64,000 bases of DNA from contig OX597814.1 of NCBI GenBank assembly GCA_951406725.2, forward strand, positions 174,592,001 through 174,656,000, written 5' to 3'. The number at the start of each line of letters is the position of its first letter. Position 1 is the stretch's first letter. The stretch is from Octopus vulgaris (taxonomy: Eukaryota). The position numbers were made by a program, and so were the translations under genes. Of the stretch, positions 22,317 through 37,263 are shown in pieces. The notes beneath the pieces were generated by a model. That model did not search any database, had not been told where the DNA came from, and worked only from the letters and a program-made list of their open reading frames with translations.

Positions 22317-22484
22317 CATCATCATCGTTTAACGTCCGCTTTCCATGCTAGCATGGGTTGGACGATTTTGACTGAGGGCTGGCGAACCAGATGGCTGCAC
22401 CAGGCTCCAATCTTGATCTGGCAGATTTTCTACAGCTGGATGCCCTTCTTAATGCCAACCACTCCGAGAGTGTAGTGGGTGCTT
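22317..22484 (-). mobile_element. Short RTE 3' terminal copy
   Basis: CATCATCATCGTTTAACGTCCGCTTTCCATGCTAGCATGGGTTGGACG...GTGTAGTGGGTGCTT. Confidence 0.9.
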
Positions 22485-22927
22485 GGAAAAAGAAATCAAT
22501 TGAATAAGTACCAGACTTTATAAAAAAAAAAAATCATTGGGTCGATTTGTTCAACTTGAAGCCTGTTTACCCCAGAACAGCCTTAGTGTAATTCTTTTCA
22601 AATTTATGTCATTTTTTTTCTTGTTCTTTTGTTTCCTGTCTTTCTTTTTCTTTTTATATATGTATTCATAAATATCACTGAAGACATAGAAACAACCAAC
22701 CTATTTAACTTTCCAGAATAAATAAAACACTACCCCGCCCCTGTGTGTCTGTGTATATATATATATATATATACTCACACACATGTATTCATATATGTGT
22801 GTGGGTGTGTATATAATACTTAGACACGCTCAAGTAAATATAGAAAGATATACACAAATCCACACACATATATAGTGAGAAACTTATTTTCAATAAAATC
22901 CAACCTCTATGCCTCCCTGCCTGTCAT

Positions 22928-22976
<49 letters not shown>

Positions 22977-23327
22977 CTTTACTCTTATTACAATGCAACT
23001 TTTAGGTCAGTATTTAAACTGGTTGGTTTTCGAGCTTGCATCTGCTACAATTTCTCTCTCACTACTGGATTTTCTAATTCAATTCAATTGATTGACATAA
23101 ATCTGAGCCCTCCACATTAACTCAGTGCTTAGAACTTTTCTTCATTTGCATGAAACCGTGATAAGTGTCAAAAGTTGTTTTGCTTTTTTCCTTCCCCATC
23201 CCTCTAATCTATCGGGCATTTTTTAGTATTTGCCTCATATTAGAGTTATACACGCACAAATATATATATACACATATATATTTGGTTGAATAAGTTTAGT
23301 GTCTTTGGATTTTAAGTCGAAGGCAAA

Positions 23328-23358
23328 ATGTGTTTTGGTGATAAAGAAGACAATGAAA
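23328..23358 (+). CDS. SLC44A/CTL choline transporter-like gene, probable first coding exon (MCFGDKEDNE)
   Basis: CAAAATG start context, GTAAGT donor, phase 1 matches the exon at 41074; short, so assignment rests on signals and phase only. Confidence 0.65.
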
Positions 23359-24584
23359 GTAAGTTTCATTAGGGTTTTTTTATCATGTATATGTATATTT
23401 TTTTTAATATTTCAATTTATCAAATTTTTTGTGTCTTTTTATTAAAACTAAGTAATTTTTTCAGTTTCATAATTATTAATATAAGGAATTATTTATCTTG
23501 TTATAATCAATAATCCTGCAATATAGACTTAGCTGCTCCTCTATTTATTTATCTTTTTTCAGATATTTATCTTTTAATATTTTTTCAATTCCAAAAGTGA
23601 TAAAAAAAAGTTAAATAGTGATCTCAATTTGATAAACCATAAAATATAACTTATTCTTTAAACATCTAACTTTAAGATTACATTCAACTCTTAAGCATTT
23701 AAACTAGCCACATCCAGCCCTAATATTGTGCTTGTTTTATGCCTAAACTGGCTAGATCTGGCCTCTCACACCTACCTTACAATATTATTCTTGAAATATA
23801 AAATCACATTATCATAATCTTGAAGCTTTGAGACAATGCATGATTAAGTAAAATAATGTGAATAACTAAGCATTGTATTTGACAGAATAATCTGATTGCT
23901 AAAGGTGTTTAAATCAATCTTTATTTTCTTATTAAGGCAGTAGATTAGCAAAATAGTTAAAGCATCATACAAAATGTCTTGTGATAATTAGTTTTGGCTC
24001 TATATTTTCTAGGTTCAAATCCTACGAAAGCAAACTTTGTCTATGTAAGAAATTAAGAGTAGTGAATTTACAGACTTGTTAGTATTTGCATGGGGAGGAG
24101 ACTACCTTACAGTATTTGTTCAGATTTATTATATTCTGAGTTCAAACCCTGCTGAGATCAAATTTGCCTTTCGTATTTTGGTTTGTTAAATAAAGTGTTG
24201 GTCAAGTACTATGATTGAATGTAATCAACTAAACTCTTTTCTTGCAATTACATTCTTCATAGTTATAAATGCAGAGTTACACACACATACACACACACAG
24301 AGTTGTATACAAGCATACACATTTAGCTACATGCATCTATATATAAGGGGTATTTGTGACATTCATGCTTGAATGTACATAAAGTTTGAGATTTTAGTCA
24401 GTGACTCATCTGTTGTTCTTACTTGTTCTCTTAAGCTTTCTACAATCATGTCTGTCTCTGTCTAATTGGATGAACTATTCATGATATAACAGGGTAAAAA
24501 ATCTCTTCGCAATTTGTTGCTTGTTGTCTGCATAGTCAAAACCTTTCATTCATTTGTGCATGACAGAATTTTGTCTTTATTGTT

Positions 24585-24780
24585 GGTTATTTTTTAGTCT
24601 CAGGTCAGCCCTGATTGAGCAGACCTATGATCAGAGACATTCCATTTATAAACATCTCTTCTTTCTTTTTTTAACCTTTCTCGACATAATGCCTCTAAGG
24701 TGATAGTACATGATTCGAGGGCAACTTAGCTGCTGTTTCTAGCAGCAGATTGTGTGACCACAAAGAGGATTGCTCTTTAG
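24585..24780. mobile_element. Representative of an abundant unclassified short interspersed family (also ~6170-6385, 14688-14860, 16690-16860, 22000-22190, 25968-26150, 29110-29310, 44220-44298, 61760-61910)
   Basis: Recurrent CAGGTCAGCCCTGAT.GAGCAGACCTATGATCA...GCTGCTRTTTCTAGCA. Confidence 0.65.
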
Positions 24781-24869
24781 TCCCATTTAGTTTAGGTGCA
24801 TATCAATAAATTATTTTCTAATTTGCTTAACGCCATGCTTTATTTCATAGTAAATTGGACATGAGCAAA

Positions 24870-25248
24870 TAGGCGCAGGAGTGGCTGTGTGGTAAGTAGC
24901 TTGCTAACCAACCAGTTGGTTCCGGGCAAGTGTCTTCTGCTATAGCCCCGGGCCGACCAATGCCTTGTGAGTGGATTTGGTAGACGGAAACTGAAAGAAG
25001 CCTGTCATATATATGTATATATATATGTGTGTGTGTATGTGTTTGTGTGTCTGTGTTTGTTCCCCTAGCATTGCTTGACAACCGATGCTGGTGTGTTTAC
25101 GTCCCCGTTACTTAGCGGTTTGGCAAAAGAGACTGATAGAATAAGTACTGGGCTTACAAAGAATAAGTTCTGGGGTCGATTTGCTCGACTAAAGGCGGTG
25201 CTCCAGCATGGCCGCAGTCAAATGACTGAAACAAGTAAAAGAGAGAGA
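24870..25248 (+). mobile_element. Family B SINE with B-box region deleted
   Basis: GGTTCCGGG joined directly to CAAGTGTC, versus the intact head in 31993-32402. Confidence 0.85.
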
Positions 25249-28200
25249 AATGAGAATATTTAGTAATTTGATTAAATTACGGCACAACGTTAATGCTAAT
25301 TAGTTAATCTGTTTCAAACTGCTAAGCTGGAGCATATCCCAGTTTTCAAAATGTAAATATGACTGAAAGTACAAGACTTTCTCATGGGTGGGATACCAGT
25401 ACACTGCAAGATTACCTCGTTCCCGCCCAATATTGTTGATACTCCTTTCAACTGAGAAAACTAGAACAACATGAAATGAAGTGCCTTGCTCATGATCACA
25501 ATGCACTGCCTAATCCAGGAATCAAATCCACAACCTTATGATTGTGAGCCCAAAATTCTAATCGCTTGGCCTTATTCTACAGGTGATAACATTGGCACCC
25601 TCTTGATATTACAATCACTACTACACTAATAATAATAGTAATTCTTTCTAATTTTGGCACATGGTCAGGAATTTTAAAGAAGTGGAGAAAGTCAATTACA
25701 TTGACTCCAGTGTTTTCCTGATTCTTATTTTAGCGATCTGAAAAGATGAAAAGCAAAGTTGACTTTGGTGGAATTTGAACTCAGAATGTAAAGACCGATG
25801 ATATGGCACTAATCGTTTTACCCAGCATGCTAATGATTGTTAGCTCACAGTTTAACTAATAATAATGATAATGACTGCTACACAACTGCAACAGCCAACT
25901 ATGTTACTTTCATCTTTTCAGCCACCACTAGGTTTCTGCCATTTAAGCAGGAGATGCAAGTATTTCCACTTGTTTAGCCTAAAACAGAGCAGACCTATTA
26001 TTAAAGATATTCCACCCATAACCAGTCTGTCTTGATAAGGTACCTAGAACTACTCTATTCAATGTCTTTCCTTTTTCAAGATGGTAGAATATAATTTGAA
26101 TGAGATTTAGCAGCTATTACTAACAGATCAAGTGAACACATAGCAGACTCCTTGTCAGATTGTGTTTTTGGTTCATATGTAAGTATATCAGTTACAATGT
26201 ACATCTCACAACCCTTCAGCCATGAAGCCAGCAACCTATTATCCTGGGTTATTTTTCGCACAATGAAATATTCCTAAATATTTCTCTTTATTTAACGTAA
26301 CTAGATCATGAAGAAGTAAAGAGCAGAAATCCTTTGCGCTTCATATAAAGCTTCAAAACATCCACTAAAGATTTTTATTTCTTCCTTTCTGCTTCGAAAT
26401 AAATTAGTTGCTCTTTATATATTTGTTTTAATTAGGCTATTTTTAATGTAAACTATTAGACTACTAGAAAACATTTAAGATCTGTGAACTGAAATTAGAC
26501 TTGGTTTAGGTTTCATTAGTAATAACAAAATTAAGGTTAGTGGTTTAATAGCATGATTAGAGCACCAAAAAATTCTTTGCAGTATTCATTTCAGCTATTT
26601 ATATTCTGAGTTCAAATTCAGCCAAAGCCAAGTTTGTTTTTCTTCTTTTCTAGTTAATAAGTCATGGCACCAATGATGTTAACTAATACCCATCTCTTAA
26701 ATTTTTCGGTTTTCTTTCAAAGCCAAAAATTGTTTTTCTAAGTTAGAAACAATTATTAATAGAAAACTTTGGATGGCAGATTGGTAGAATCGTTAAAGCA
26801 TTGAACAAAATTCCTTGCAGTATTTGTTCCAGCTCTTTACATTTTTATTTCAAATTACACTGTGGCCATTATCTGGCACCTCTCAATTGCAAACATTCAG
26901 GCTAGGTCTCTGGTTTGAGAATACTTCCAACTCATTTATCTCAGAGGTCTTGAGAAGGGTTATGTAAACTGCCCTCCTTCTTGAATTAGTGATAATAAAA
27001 AAAGTACTGTTGTCCTTTTTAATTTTTTTGATGTCTTAGTGTAGGGCAGTGTCCACAACCTTCCATAATTGGTGAGGGAAGGAGAAACCTCCTTAGATTA
27101 TTCATCGTTGCAAGCATTTGGGCCAGTACTGTGATCTACCTAATGGCATTTGAGGGCTAAATGATATTAAACCAAGATGTTTTAAGTCTCACTCCCAATT
27201 ATATTGTCATACATACTTCTTCCTCAAAATTCACAGCCATCTTACCAATGCTCAGAAAGCATTATTTAAAGGAAAATTTTTTCCCTACAAAACTTTATTT
27301 AAAGAATATTTTTGTGATTTATACAGCACTTTGAAAGTTGTTTAAAATCTAAAGGTTTAGCAGAAATAAATATATCTGTTAGTGTTTCATCTATATTCTT
27401 ATAGGTTAGTCTGATTTTACAGAAACAATGGTGTAACCATCAAAGATGTCAAAGAGCTCTTTCAGTAACTAGGAACACTTATATTTAGCTGTTGACTATA
27501 GTTATTTATACCTCAAAGCGGTTTACTAGTTTAATTACTCATTGTTTAGTCGATATTTTACTTGTGTTCTGATTTTCTATGGACATACTACTCTAGATTT
27601 TTAGTTCCATTACATTTGTTCCTATTATATTTTGGATGGATATGATAGGCATTAGGGAGGAACATTTGGTTATATAATGAGCACCTGAAACAATCATAGG
27701 GAATTTTCTTTCGTGCTGTCTGTACCAAAGAAGATTCTCTGTCTTTATATATGTTTAGATTAAATAGGACAACTAATATAATATATTACATGCTGCTCTT
27801 CCTACTTGGTGAAGTGTGTATTAGGGTAGATAAATGCTGCATATTGTTGTCTTTTATGATTTGCCTTTGCAGTCTGATTTCAAAGAAACAAAAATAATAA
27901 ACAGCTAAATTATACATGAGTGCAGACTTTACCAGCCAATAGCATTTTACATTCAGAAGAATTAAATTCTGCTTGAAAAGACCAAATATACTACTAGTCA
28001 GTCCTTTGAATTATATAAAAAAAAAATTAAAAAAACAGGAGTCTAATCAGGTTGAATAAGCTTTTCAAAAAGAATCATTGCCCAAATTGAGGATCTAGCT
28101 TTATGCAGTGCTAGATTTAATGAAGCTGCTGACTTCGCCACTAGGGACCAATGATAAAAGTGGATTCGCCAGCATTTAGTGCACAACATTTCTTATGTTA

Positions 28201-29424
28201 TAAACTGTTCGTTATCAAAACCAAAGGTGATGTTGAAGAAATAGTGATAAGCAGAATTAGAGTATCTAGAGGGAAATAACTATTTCATTGGTTGCCTATT
28301 TTCCATAGGTTTGCATAAGTGGAGCTTACTGGAACTAGACTACACAATGCAGAGAAAGGAAATTATAAGTTTCTTTTATACATTGTGTAATCTAGTCTAG
28401 CTACCTGTTCTGCATGTCTCATGTTACATTTTAGAATTAGTTGATCTGTGAAGATTGTAGCAAAAAAACTTGGAATACATACATTCCTTGACAGCAGAGT
28501 AGTATGACAGATCTTTTGTTCTTTTCATTTGAAATGTTGAATGCAGTCATAAAAAGGGCGTGGCAGTATATTTGATGTTACCTTTCATATGTAAACATGA
28601 TAGGTTAGTTCTAGCTTACCTGGCTGTCCATTGTTCTAAGAGTTCTACTTTTTACTGAGAATACAAGTAGTTAATTTGAAAGCAGTAAGAGTTAAATTAA
28701 CTTGATCTTTTCAATTCTAAATGTACTGATATAATATCTATCTACTATTCTGTTTATCTCTTCATATTGCCTTATAATCATTAACTAATGTTTATTATTG
28801 AGTATTTTCGGATATGCAACTGTTAAAAAAATAGCATATCGGAATTTCACATGAAGTAATAAGTTTTCTATATTCCTAATATAAAAACTGTCTGCAATCC
28901 AATATGATCAAACGATTTTCTCAGCCACAGCTTTATTTTCTCTCCCTTTCTCACATTACCAGTCAATGCAAACTATTGACCAAAAGATTCTATAGTATAC
29001 TTTTCTGACCTATTTATTTTAAGTGAACAAATCTTTCAATAGTGAATTGAAGTAAATTATAAAATTTCTACTTTACTTTATTTTTAATATATTTCTACAG
29101 TCTGAGAAGGAATCTCTCCAAGGTCATTCAATATGCTAGAGATATCAGCCAAATTTCCTTTAAATTTATCATTTTAGAAGAGGATGGACACATTAGCTAA
29201 TGTACTCTTCTATATGATATGTCTTATGAAAACATAAGTTGGACACATCTTCAGTGTCTTTAGTCATAGATTTTGCTTAGTCAGGGCTGACTCAAGACTA
29301 AGCAACAATTCCATGTTTCGAAATAATTTGAGAATTTAGTTTATTTTTTTGTTAGTTTTAGTCCCTGATTTTGATCATACAGAGGTGCCCTTCTCAAGAG
29401 AGCCCCCAAATGGTCAAAGGGTTA

Positions 29425-29790
29425 TCTCTATATATATAAACGGCAAAATGTCTCTCTGTGTGTCCTTTATACAAATCCACAATTTTTCAGTTAGAGGGCT
29501 TGCACTTTCTATGGTCATTCAAAACCGTCCAAGGGTGGTTGTGCACATCCTTACATTTCCCCAGTCACCCCACAAAGCCATTAAAAAATCAATAGAAGTG
29601 ACTTTTTTGTGTGCTTTTTCTATCCAAAACCCAATCAAAATGCCCAAAACTTGATATGCCAATTGAATGCCAGCTAGCTGTATGTGATTGGTCGGAGATT
29701 TGGACAGTACTTGCATGTATGCGTGCACGCATGCAGCTGTAAATGCATGCACTAGCACTATGACTCGGCAATGCCAGGTCATAGTGCTAG
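29425..29790 (+). mobile_element. Non-autonomous Helitron, family H1 copy 2
   Basis: A|TC...TGACTCGGCAATGCCAGGTCATAGTGCTAG|T, colinear with 2476-2839. Confidence 0.88.
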
Positions 29791-31992
29791 TACAACATAA
29801 AGTATTGACAAAGTAACTTAAGGTGCTGTGCAGTGGGACAGAACTGGGAACTATATAGTTGCAAAGCTAACTTCATAACCATATAGTGACACCTGGACTA
29901 ATGCAATATCATTGTCATTTAATGTTCACTTTTCCATACTTGCATGGGTTGAATTTGTCAAAGCAAATTTTTTATGGTCAGGTACCCTTCATGTCACTAA
30001 CCTTCACCTGTATCCAAGCAAAGTAATATTTCCCATGGCTAGACATTTTTTCCATGGAAGACTGGAAGCAAACAACATCATTTATATGACAGTGATCCTT
30101 ATTAACAACCATCACATAATAAAGTTTAAAGATTTTAAATATTTTTTTTCCTTTTTTATTGAACATCCTTCAATCTCTCCTTACATATTTCTTACATGTT
30201 AAGTTTTACTATATATAAAGGATCATATGAACAAGACAGGTTATGTAACTGTGTGCTTCACACAAGTATCCATAGACTTATGGTCATCCAATATGTCTGC
30301 TTGTATTTGGAACAGCCTCTGAAAAATAGCTGCAGAGGAAGTGGTCTAGTATTTCCTTGAAATCTGCAAGAAAATAGTAGATTTCAAATATTTTATTTAA
30401 AAAGAAAAAAAAACACTAGTTCTAAGTCGTAATTTTATTTGGACAAATTAGAGATGTCAAATTTACATTCCACCTTCACAGGAATAATATAATGAGTACC
30501 TTTATAGATAAGAAGTTTTAACTGTCTAGAAATATGGGTACATTGAGTTGTTTGTGTAGGGAAACAGTTAAGAGTTAGCATATTCAGGAGAGCAGAGACT
30601 TTTGGAACAATGTTAGTGAAAAATAGGGGAAGTTTAAGTGTGGAAAGGTACGTAAGCTTTGCCTAACATTTGGATATCTTTTTCTTAGAGGTGACTGAGA
30701 GTTTGAAGTGTCTTTGTGTATGTTTGCGTGCATGCATGCATAATGTGCATTTTGTCATAAATGCACATAATAGTTATAGTGTGTGCATTTAGGCATTGTA
30801 AGGGCATTAGCAACTGATTAAGACTTTTTTTTTATTAGTTTCAGCTATTACTGCCAAATGCCATACTGGAATACAGCAGAACTTAAATAATTTCTAAAGA
30901 AATCCAACTTTAGTGATATAATCTTTACTATGTAAAGAATTTAGCAAATGTAGGCAGAAAGGCGTGTATAAATTAGTGCATTGTTAACTACTATTCTAGA
31001 TTGGTCAATGTATGAAATTACATAAAAACAAACACAAAACTTAGCATAGACTACAGACAAAAATGTCTTCTGTTGATAAATAATAACTTCTTAGGACTTT
31101 AGTGTATATTAAAGGAGTTTCCCAAACTACAACAGTAAATCATATCAACACTTTGGTTTTAATTTTTTTGTATTTTACTTATACATAGACCAAAATTAAT
31201 TTTTATCAAGAAATGATACTCTTCTCTCTAAAAATCTGAAGCCTTATACTTGTGCAGCAAATATAATTTATGCTTGGCTCATGATAAGATTAGTATCTGG
31301 TTGTGAAAAGAAATTCATGCACCATTTCAAAATGTATAAAGTAGACAAGTTATTCCAAACATTATGTATACCATATTTGCCCTAAATTAGATGTAAGTGT
31401 TTTAAATGATATCCTGAGATGCAACCTTCAAATAATTATATAATGCATTTAAAGACAAACCTATAATTTCACTGAGGTTTTTCAGTAGATGCAAACTTCC
31501 TATTTGGCTCTAAATTTATGACACATTGAAGAACAAAAATAATTTTACAACACAACAGTAATAATCTACAAAACTTTTTAAAGCAAGACTGGAGAAAATT
31601 TTTTTGTTTAGTATCAGGGAGAAATCTGATGCAGAAAATCCGGTGGGTTTCATAGCTGACAAAAAAAAAAATACTAAAGGAGTTTCTCAAACTACAACAG
31701 TAAATTGTATCAACATTTTAGTTTTAATTTCTATAAAGAAATAATAATCTCTTCTCTCTAAAAATCTTCAGCCTTATTACTTAAGCAGCAAATATAGTTC
31801 ATGCTTAACTCATGTTAATTGAAATCTTTGCTCATGGTGATAAATATTCATCTAATTGTTTTTGTTAATAGCACTGACCTGAAACCTATTATAATACTGA
31901 CATAAAAACCTTGTCATTATTGTTGCTACACTAGATACTTTAATTATATTAACATGGTTTACCAGACAAACAAAAAGCAATTATTCTTATAT

Positions 31993-32402
31993 GCTTTTAC
32001 TCTTTTACTTGTCTCAGTCATTTTGGCTGCAGCCATGCTGGAACACCGCCTTTAGTTGAGCAAATTGATCCCAGGACTTATTCTTTGTAAGCCTAGTACT
32101 TATTCTGTCGGTCTCTTTTGCCGAACCGCTAAGTTACGGGGACGTAAACACAACACCTTTGGTTGTCAAGCGATGTTGGGGGAACAAACACAGACAAACA
32201 AACATATGCACACACATACATATATATACATATATAAGATGGGCTTCTTTCAGTTTCCGTCTACCAAATCCACTCACAAGGCTTTGGTCGGCCCGAGACT
32301 ATTGCAGAAGATACTTGCCCAAAGTGCCATGCAGTGGGACTGAACCCGGAACCATGTGGTTGGTAAGCAAGCTACTTACCACACAGCCACTCCAACGCCT
32401 AT
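31993..32402 (-). mobile_element. Family B SINE, full length
   Basis: Head with A/B-box-like motifs, internal microsatellite, GTAAAAGAGTAAAAG tail. Confidence 0.88.
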
Positions 32403-33296
32403 ATTAACAAAAAAAAAATCTATATATACAAAAACTGGAGACTTAACATCAATATTCCGGAATGTTGTAGATATCTATTTGATTGTATGGTTTTGGAATA
32501 TTGCATGTGGGAATTTGAGAAGTAAATTTCATAATTATAAAATATACTTAACACAGCCTAAAACTTTCTTCAGTCAGTTGACTTTTACTCAGCATTTAGT
32601 GATGCTTTTGATTTATAAATTCTGAGAAACTAACCTTTTGTTAACCATGCTTCTGTTTTTACTTTTGTAGTATGTATACTATGAAAATTAGCATACAGTA
32701 CACAAAGTACAAAATTAAAATCTCATGAAACAGTCGACTTTGACATTTCTCAGCTAAGTTTGCTGGTGTCAAATAGTACCAGGAGACCAAAATAATCGCA
32801 GCCTGGATAAACTGGCATTAATGATTATGGTAGGAGCAAAGTCACTAATAATGTATATATCTTTAGAAGTAAACATATTTCTTGCTAATTAGTTAATTTG
32901 CACAATAGGCATGGGTGTGAGGTTGAAGAGCTCACTTTTCAATCACATGCTTTTGGGTTTAGTTCCACTGCATGGTACTTTGGGCAATCATCTACTATAG
33001 CTCCAGATCAACCAATGCTTTGTGAATGAATTTGGTTGATAGGAAATCATGTGGAAGCTTGTCATGTATATATGTAGGTCTTTGTGTTTGTCAGTCTGCC
33101 ATCACTTGATAACCAATGTTGGTTTGTTTATGTCCCTATAACTTAATGGTTCAGCAAACGAGGCCAATAGAATATGTATCAGACTTAAAAAATAGGTGCT
33201 GGTTTTGTCTTGTTCCCCTAAACCTTTCAGGTTGGTACCTCATCTTAGTCACCAGCAAAGACTGAACATCTCTCTGACCTTAGTAAGATATATGTT

Positions 33297-33531
33297 AAGG
33301 CGGTGAGCTGGCAGAAACATTAGCACACCGGGCAAAATGCGTAGCCGTATTTCGTCTGCCGTTACGTTGTGGGTTCAAATTCTGCCGAGGTCGACTTTGC
33401 CTTTCATCCTTTCGGGGTCGATAAATTAAGTACCAGTTACGCACTGGGGTCGATATAATCGACTTAATACCCATGTCTGTCCTTGTTTGTCCCCTCTACG
33501 TTTAGCCCCTTGTGGGTAATAAAGAAATAGG
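33297..33531 (+). mobile_element. Family A SINE, full length, young
   Basis: GGCGGTGAGCTGGCAGAAAC..GGGTTCAAATTC..CTTTGCCTTTCATCCTTTCGGGGTCGATAAA..AAAGAAATAGG. Confidence 0.88.
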
Positions 33532-35560
33532 TATATGTATAACCAAGGGAGATTCAGTTGATTAATTTCTGTGTTGAAGTCATGAAGCTATGCTGTCTTT
33601 GTCAATGTGTTGTGTTGTAAAATAAAGTGTTTATTAGAATCTTGAGATAGTCTTTTGATAAAGTCAGTGTCTGGTTATGAAAAGGAATTCATGCACTATT
33701 TCAAAAGGTATAAAGTAAGTAGACAAGTTAATTCACGCACTATGTATACCATATTTGCCCTAAATTAGATGTCAGTCTTTCAAATGATATTTTCAGATAT
33801 AAACTTCAAATAGTTAAATATTATATAATGCATTTACTATGTAAGACAAACCTATAATTTCACTGAAGTTTTTTAGTAGATACAAACTTCCTATTTGACT
33901 CTAAATTTGTGACACATTGAAAAACAAAAATCATTTTACAACACAACAGCAATAATCTACAAAACCTTTTAAAGCAAGACTGGAGAATATTTTTTTGTTT
34001 AGTATCAGAGGAAAATCTCACGCAGAAAAAATCCAGTAGGTTTCATAGCTGACAAAGAAAGGATTTTTTTTTTTAATGCAAATTCTTAGGTATGCATTTT
34101 ATATTAAATAATTATTTTGATCTAATATACTTAAACTTTAGTCTTTCTGCAGATGAATTTTTAGAGTTTGTATTCAGGCAGTTTCAAATCTGGATACAGG
34201 CAAAATTTCTCTACTGTTTCAACAATAAAACAAAATGAAATTTCAGCTACTAACTAGAATTTAACTGATTTCTGTTTGTTCCTGACATTCACTACATTGG
34301 TGCATAAGTATTGAAATGTAGTTATGATTTGTATGGAAAAACAAAAAATGTTAGAAACACGTTATTTCAAATAATAATAATGAAATTATTGTATACAGTG
34401 CTCAGGTGCACCACAATGCTATATTCTATCTTTTATCTAAGTAAACCAAATCAAACACAGTGTAATTCAAACATGCATTTAAAATGCATGAAACCTATTA
34501 CAGAATGAAATCAAACAAATATATGGTCAATGAGCTATGTGAATTGCTAAAAAATTGTGGTTGATCACAATGGTAACAGAGGATTTTGGCACTAATCACA
34601 AATCTTAGACACCCAAATAAATACTGGGAGTACAACAGATAAAATGCCAAAAGTTTCAGTCACCTAAGTTCAAGTTCTGTAGGTTAGATGATCTGTCTTT
34701 GCTTCTCTACAGATATGAATCTTGGAGTGAAAAAAAAATAAAAGCATTTGAATTTTAATACTTGATGCTTGCATAAAATTATCTATATTAAATAGGGTGA
34801 CTTAATCACAAATTCAGAATCACATTTAGGTTTGATCAGCCATTATTATTATTATCAAACACCACATCTATGTCGACCAAGTTATCACATACCTCTCTGT
34901 GTCATATGTATGTCCTCAAATTGTATACTTGTAGATGACCAAGTAGGCAAAGCATAATCTAGAAATACTAAAACAAGACAACTTATGAAGTACTATTGCT
35001 TATCATTTATTGTTCATAGAAAAAACTATGCAATATGTTTGAATTGCTCAACATATTTCCCTTTAGACCATCCTGCTCCATGTTTCAAGATAATTGTTAG
35101 ACATTACATAATCCAATTGATTTTAATTTGTGTTTTCTGACAAACTAAGCAAAATGTAGATACACTATTAGTAGAAAATTTTAACTTAAAACTTTTCAGG
35201 ACAGTACATTCGTCTTATAGTCAAATAAAGTACTTCTATTGTTAAAACCTTTCATTCAAATTTAATCTTGAATGTCATTTGTGCAAAAAAAGGACAGCTG
35301 TGTGACCAACTAGTGGTTTGTGAGAAGGAATAAACAACACCATATGTGTAATTACATATTGTTGATGGCTGGATGATAGCTAGAGCTTTCTAAAATCAGT
35401 CAATAAAAATCTTGCAGTGCTCTATTAACTGATAGAAGTTTAGAGAAAAAAAAATTAGAGTGAGTTGATTTGCTATGATGAATGAAAAAATTTAACATTT
35501 CAGCTGTTTGTCCTTTTCCAGAAGGAGAGAGAGAGAGAGAAAGAATATATATATATATAT

Positions 35561-35752
35561 TTCTTTACTACCCACAAGGGGCTAAACATAGAGGGGACAA
35601 ACAAGGACAGACGAAGGGATTAAGTCGATTACATCGACCCCAGTGCAAAACTGGTACTTAATTTATTGACCCCAAAAGGATGAAAGGCAAAGTCGACCTC
35701 GGCGGAATTTGAACTCAGAACGTAACAGCAGACAAGATACTGCTACGCATTT
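35561..35752 (-). mobile_element. Family A SINE, 5'-truncated
   Basis: Reverse complement of ~33340-33529. Confidence 0.85.
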
Positions 35753-35784
35753 CTTTTGAATGGCAAAAGAAAGGTGTGCTAGAT

Positions 35785-35931
35785 CAGGCATTGGCAACCT
35801 TTTCCAAGTGGTAAGCTGCATGAGACATGGTTCATCATCAGGTAGGCTACAATACTAAAAGAAAGTGAAGATAATTTTTCATTAGGTGTACCATTCAGAA
35901 AATCCTATGGGTTACAGGTTGCCTATGACTG
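35785..35931. mobile_element. hAT (Charlie-like) MITE
   Basis: TIRs CAGGCATTGGCAACCT / CAGTCATAGGCAACCT (14/16); degenerate 8-bp TSD TGCTAGAT / TACTAGAG. Confidence 0.7.
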
Positions 35932-37043
35932 TACTAGAGTAATATGGTAGGGTTAATGTAGGGAAAGGGGGGAAAATTTAGTATGAGTAGTGTGAAAGGA
36001 AATAAAGCAATGAGGAGGGAGGGTAAAAGTTAGTAGCAAGTGGTGGAGTCCATGAAATGGAAACAGGTTGGTGAGGGCCAGGTCAAGTGAATATAATGTT
36101 GAGTGAGAAGACAGAGTAAGCAAGGCGATTGACAGAATGAAACTTGCCTACACACATTCAAAAGAGAGAAATAAGTATGACAATAATGAATATTGAGGTG
36201 TGCTAACTGACAGTTGTTAAAAAGGAAACATAAAAAGATATTTGAGAAAGGTAACAAATAAGTGGAAACATGAGAGAAGAAAGAAGGGCAGAGGGTAAGA
36301 ATAATGCAATCTTTATTTGCTGTTCTATTTTTATTACCTGCAAGAAATGATATGTTGTAGCATGTACAATGTGTGCAGTAAATGCACAAATTGTGCACAA
36401 AACAGCAGTGTACATACATACGAAACACAAATACAAGCAAAAGAAATTAATCTTAATAAGACAATAAATTTGTACACTCACTACAAGAAGTGTATGTATA
36501 CCACTCATATTATGTACAGAACTAAAGTAATGAAAAATCAAAAAGTATGGATTGGGTTAATACTAAACAGTATAGAGAATGTGGGTTATGCACTAAAAAG
36601 TAAGCATGTTAGATTCATTGAAGTGTGGAAAAGCAAACCTGTTTGGTCTAGAAAGAGAAAAGTAAAATTGTGTGGGTGTTCGCAAGAGAGAGTAAACTGT
36701 CATTGGTTTTGAAATTAAGAAATTATTATAAACATAAAACTGATTTGTGTATAGGGATGAAACCTGATGGATATCTATAGACGAGGAGAAAAGGAAATTT
36801 ACAATGTCCATATCTTTCTCCGAACCATTAATGTCAAGGGACTGAATTTAGGTGCTGGATTAGTGACTACATGATTATGAACTCCTTAGTATGAAAGCCC
36901 TAGTATAATAGTGAAGTTAGTAGTATTACAGTGTCTTGGTTTGGTCCCATGGTGTGGCACCTTGAGCAAGTATATTGTATTATAGTGTTGAGTTGACCAA
37001 TACCACATGAATGAAATTTTAAGACAGTACAGATGTGACTGAA

Positions 37044-37263
37044 CCCTTTTGTTACTGTATTTATTTTGAGATGCTCTCTGTTTCTTTAAATTACTTTACA
37101 TATAACAAAGAATTTAGTAAAATAACTTACTTATCATTAAGCTAGTGTTAGGAACATAAATCGTGACTAAGGTTTGGTGTAAGATTTTAATTCAGAACTT
37201 ATGAAAATAAGACATTTGTACTCAGAGCCAGAGCCGATTTCAGCTGGGTTGGTAATGAAAGGG
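37044..37263 (-). mobile_element. 220-bp TTAA MITE, family M2
   Basis: CCCTTTTGTTAC...GTAATGAAAGGG|TTAA; inverted copy of 40357-40576. Confidence 0.88.

Noticed and set aside
22733-22741. GC box as the SLC44A promoter
   Set aside because: A single short motif ~590 bp upstream of the ATG; the transcription start is unknown, so it is unsupported.
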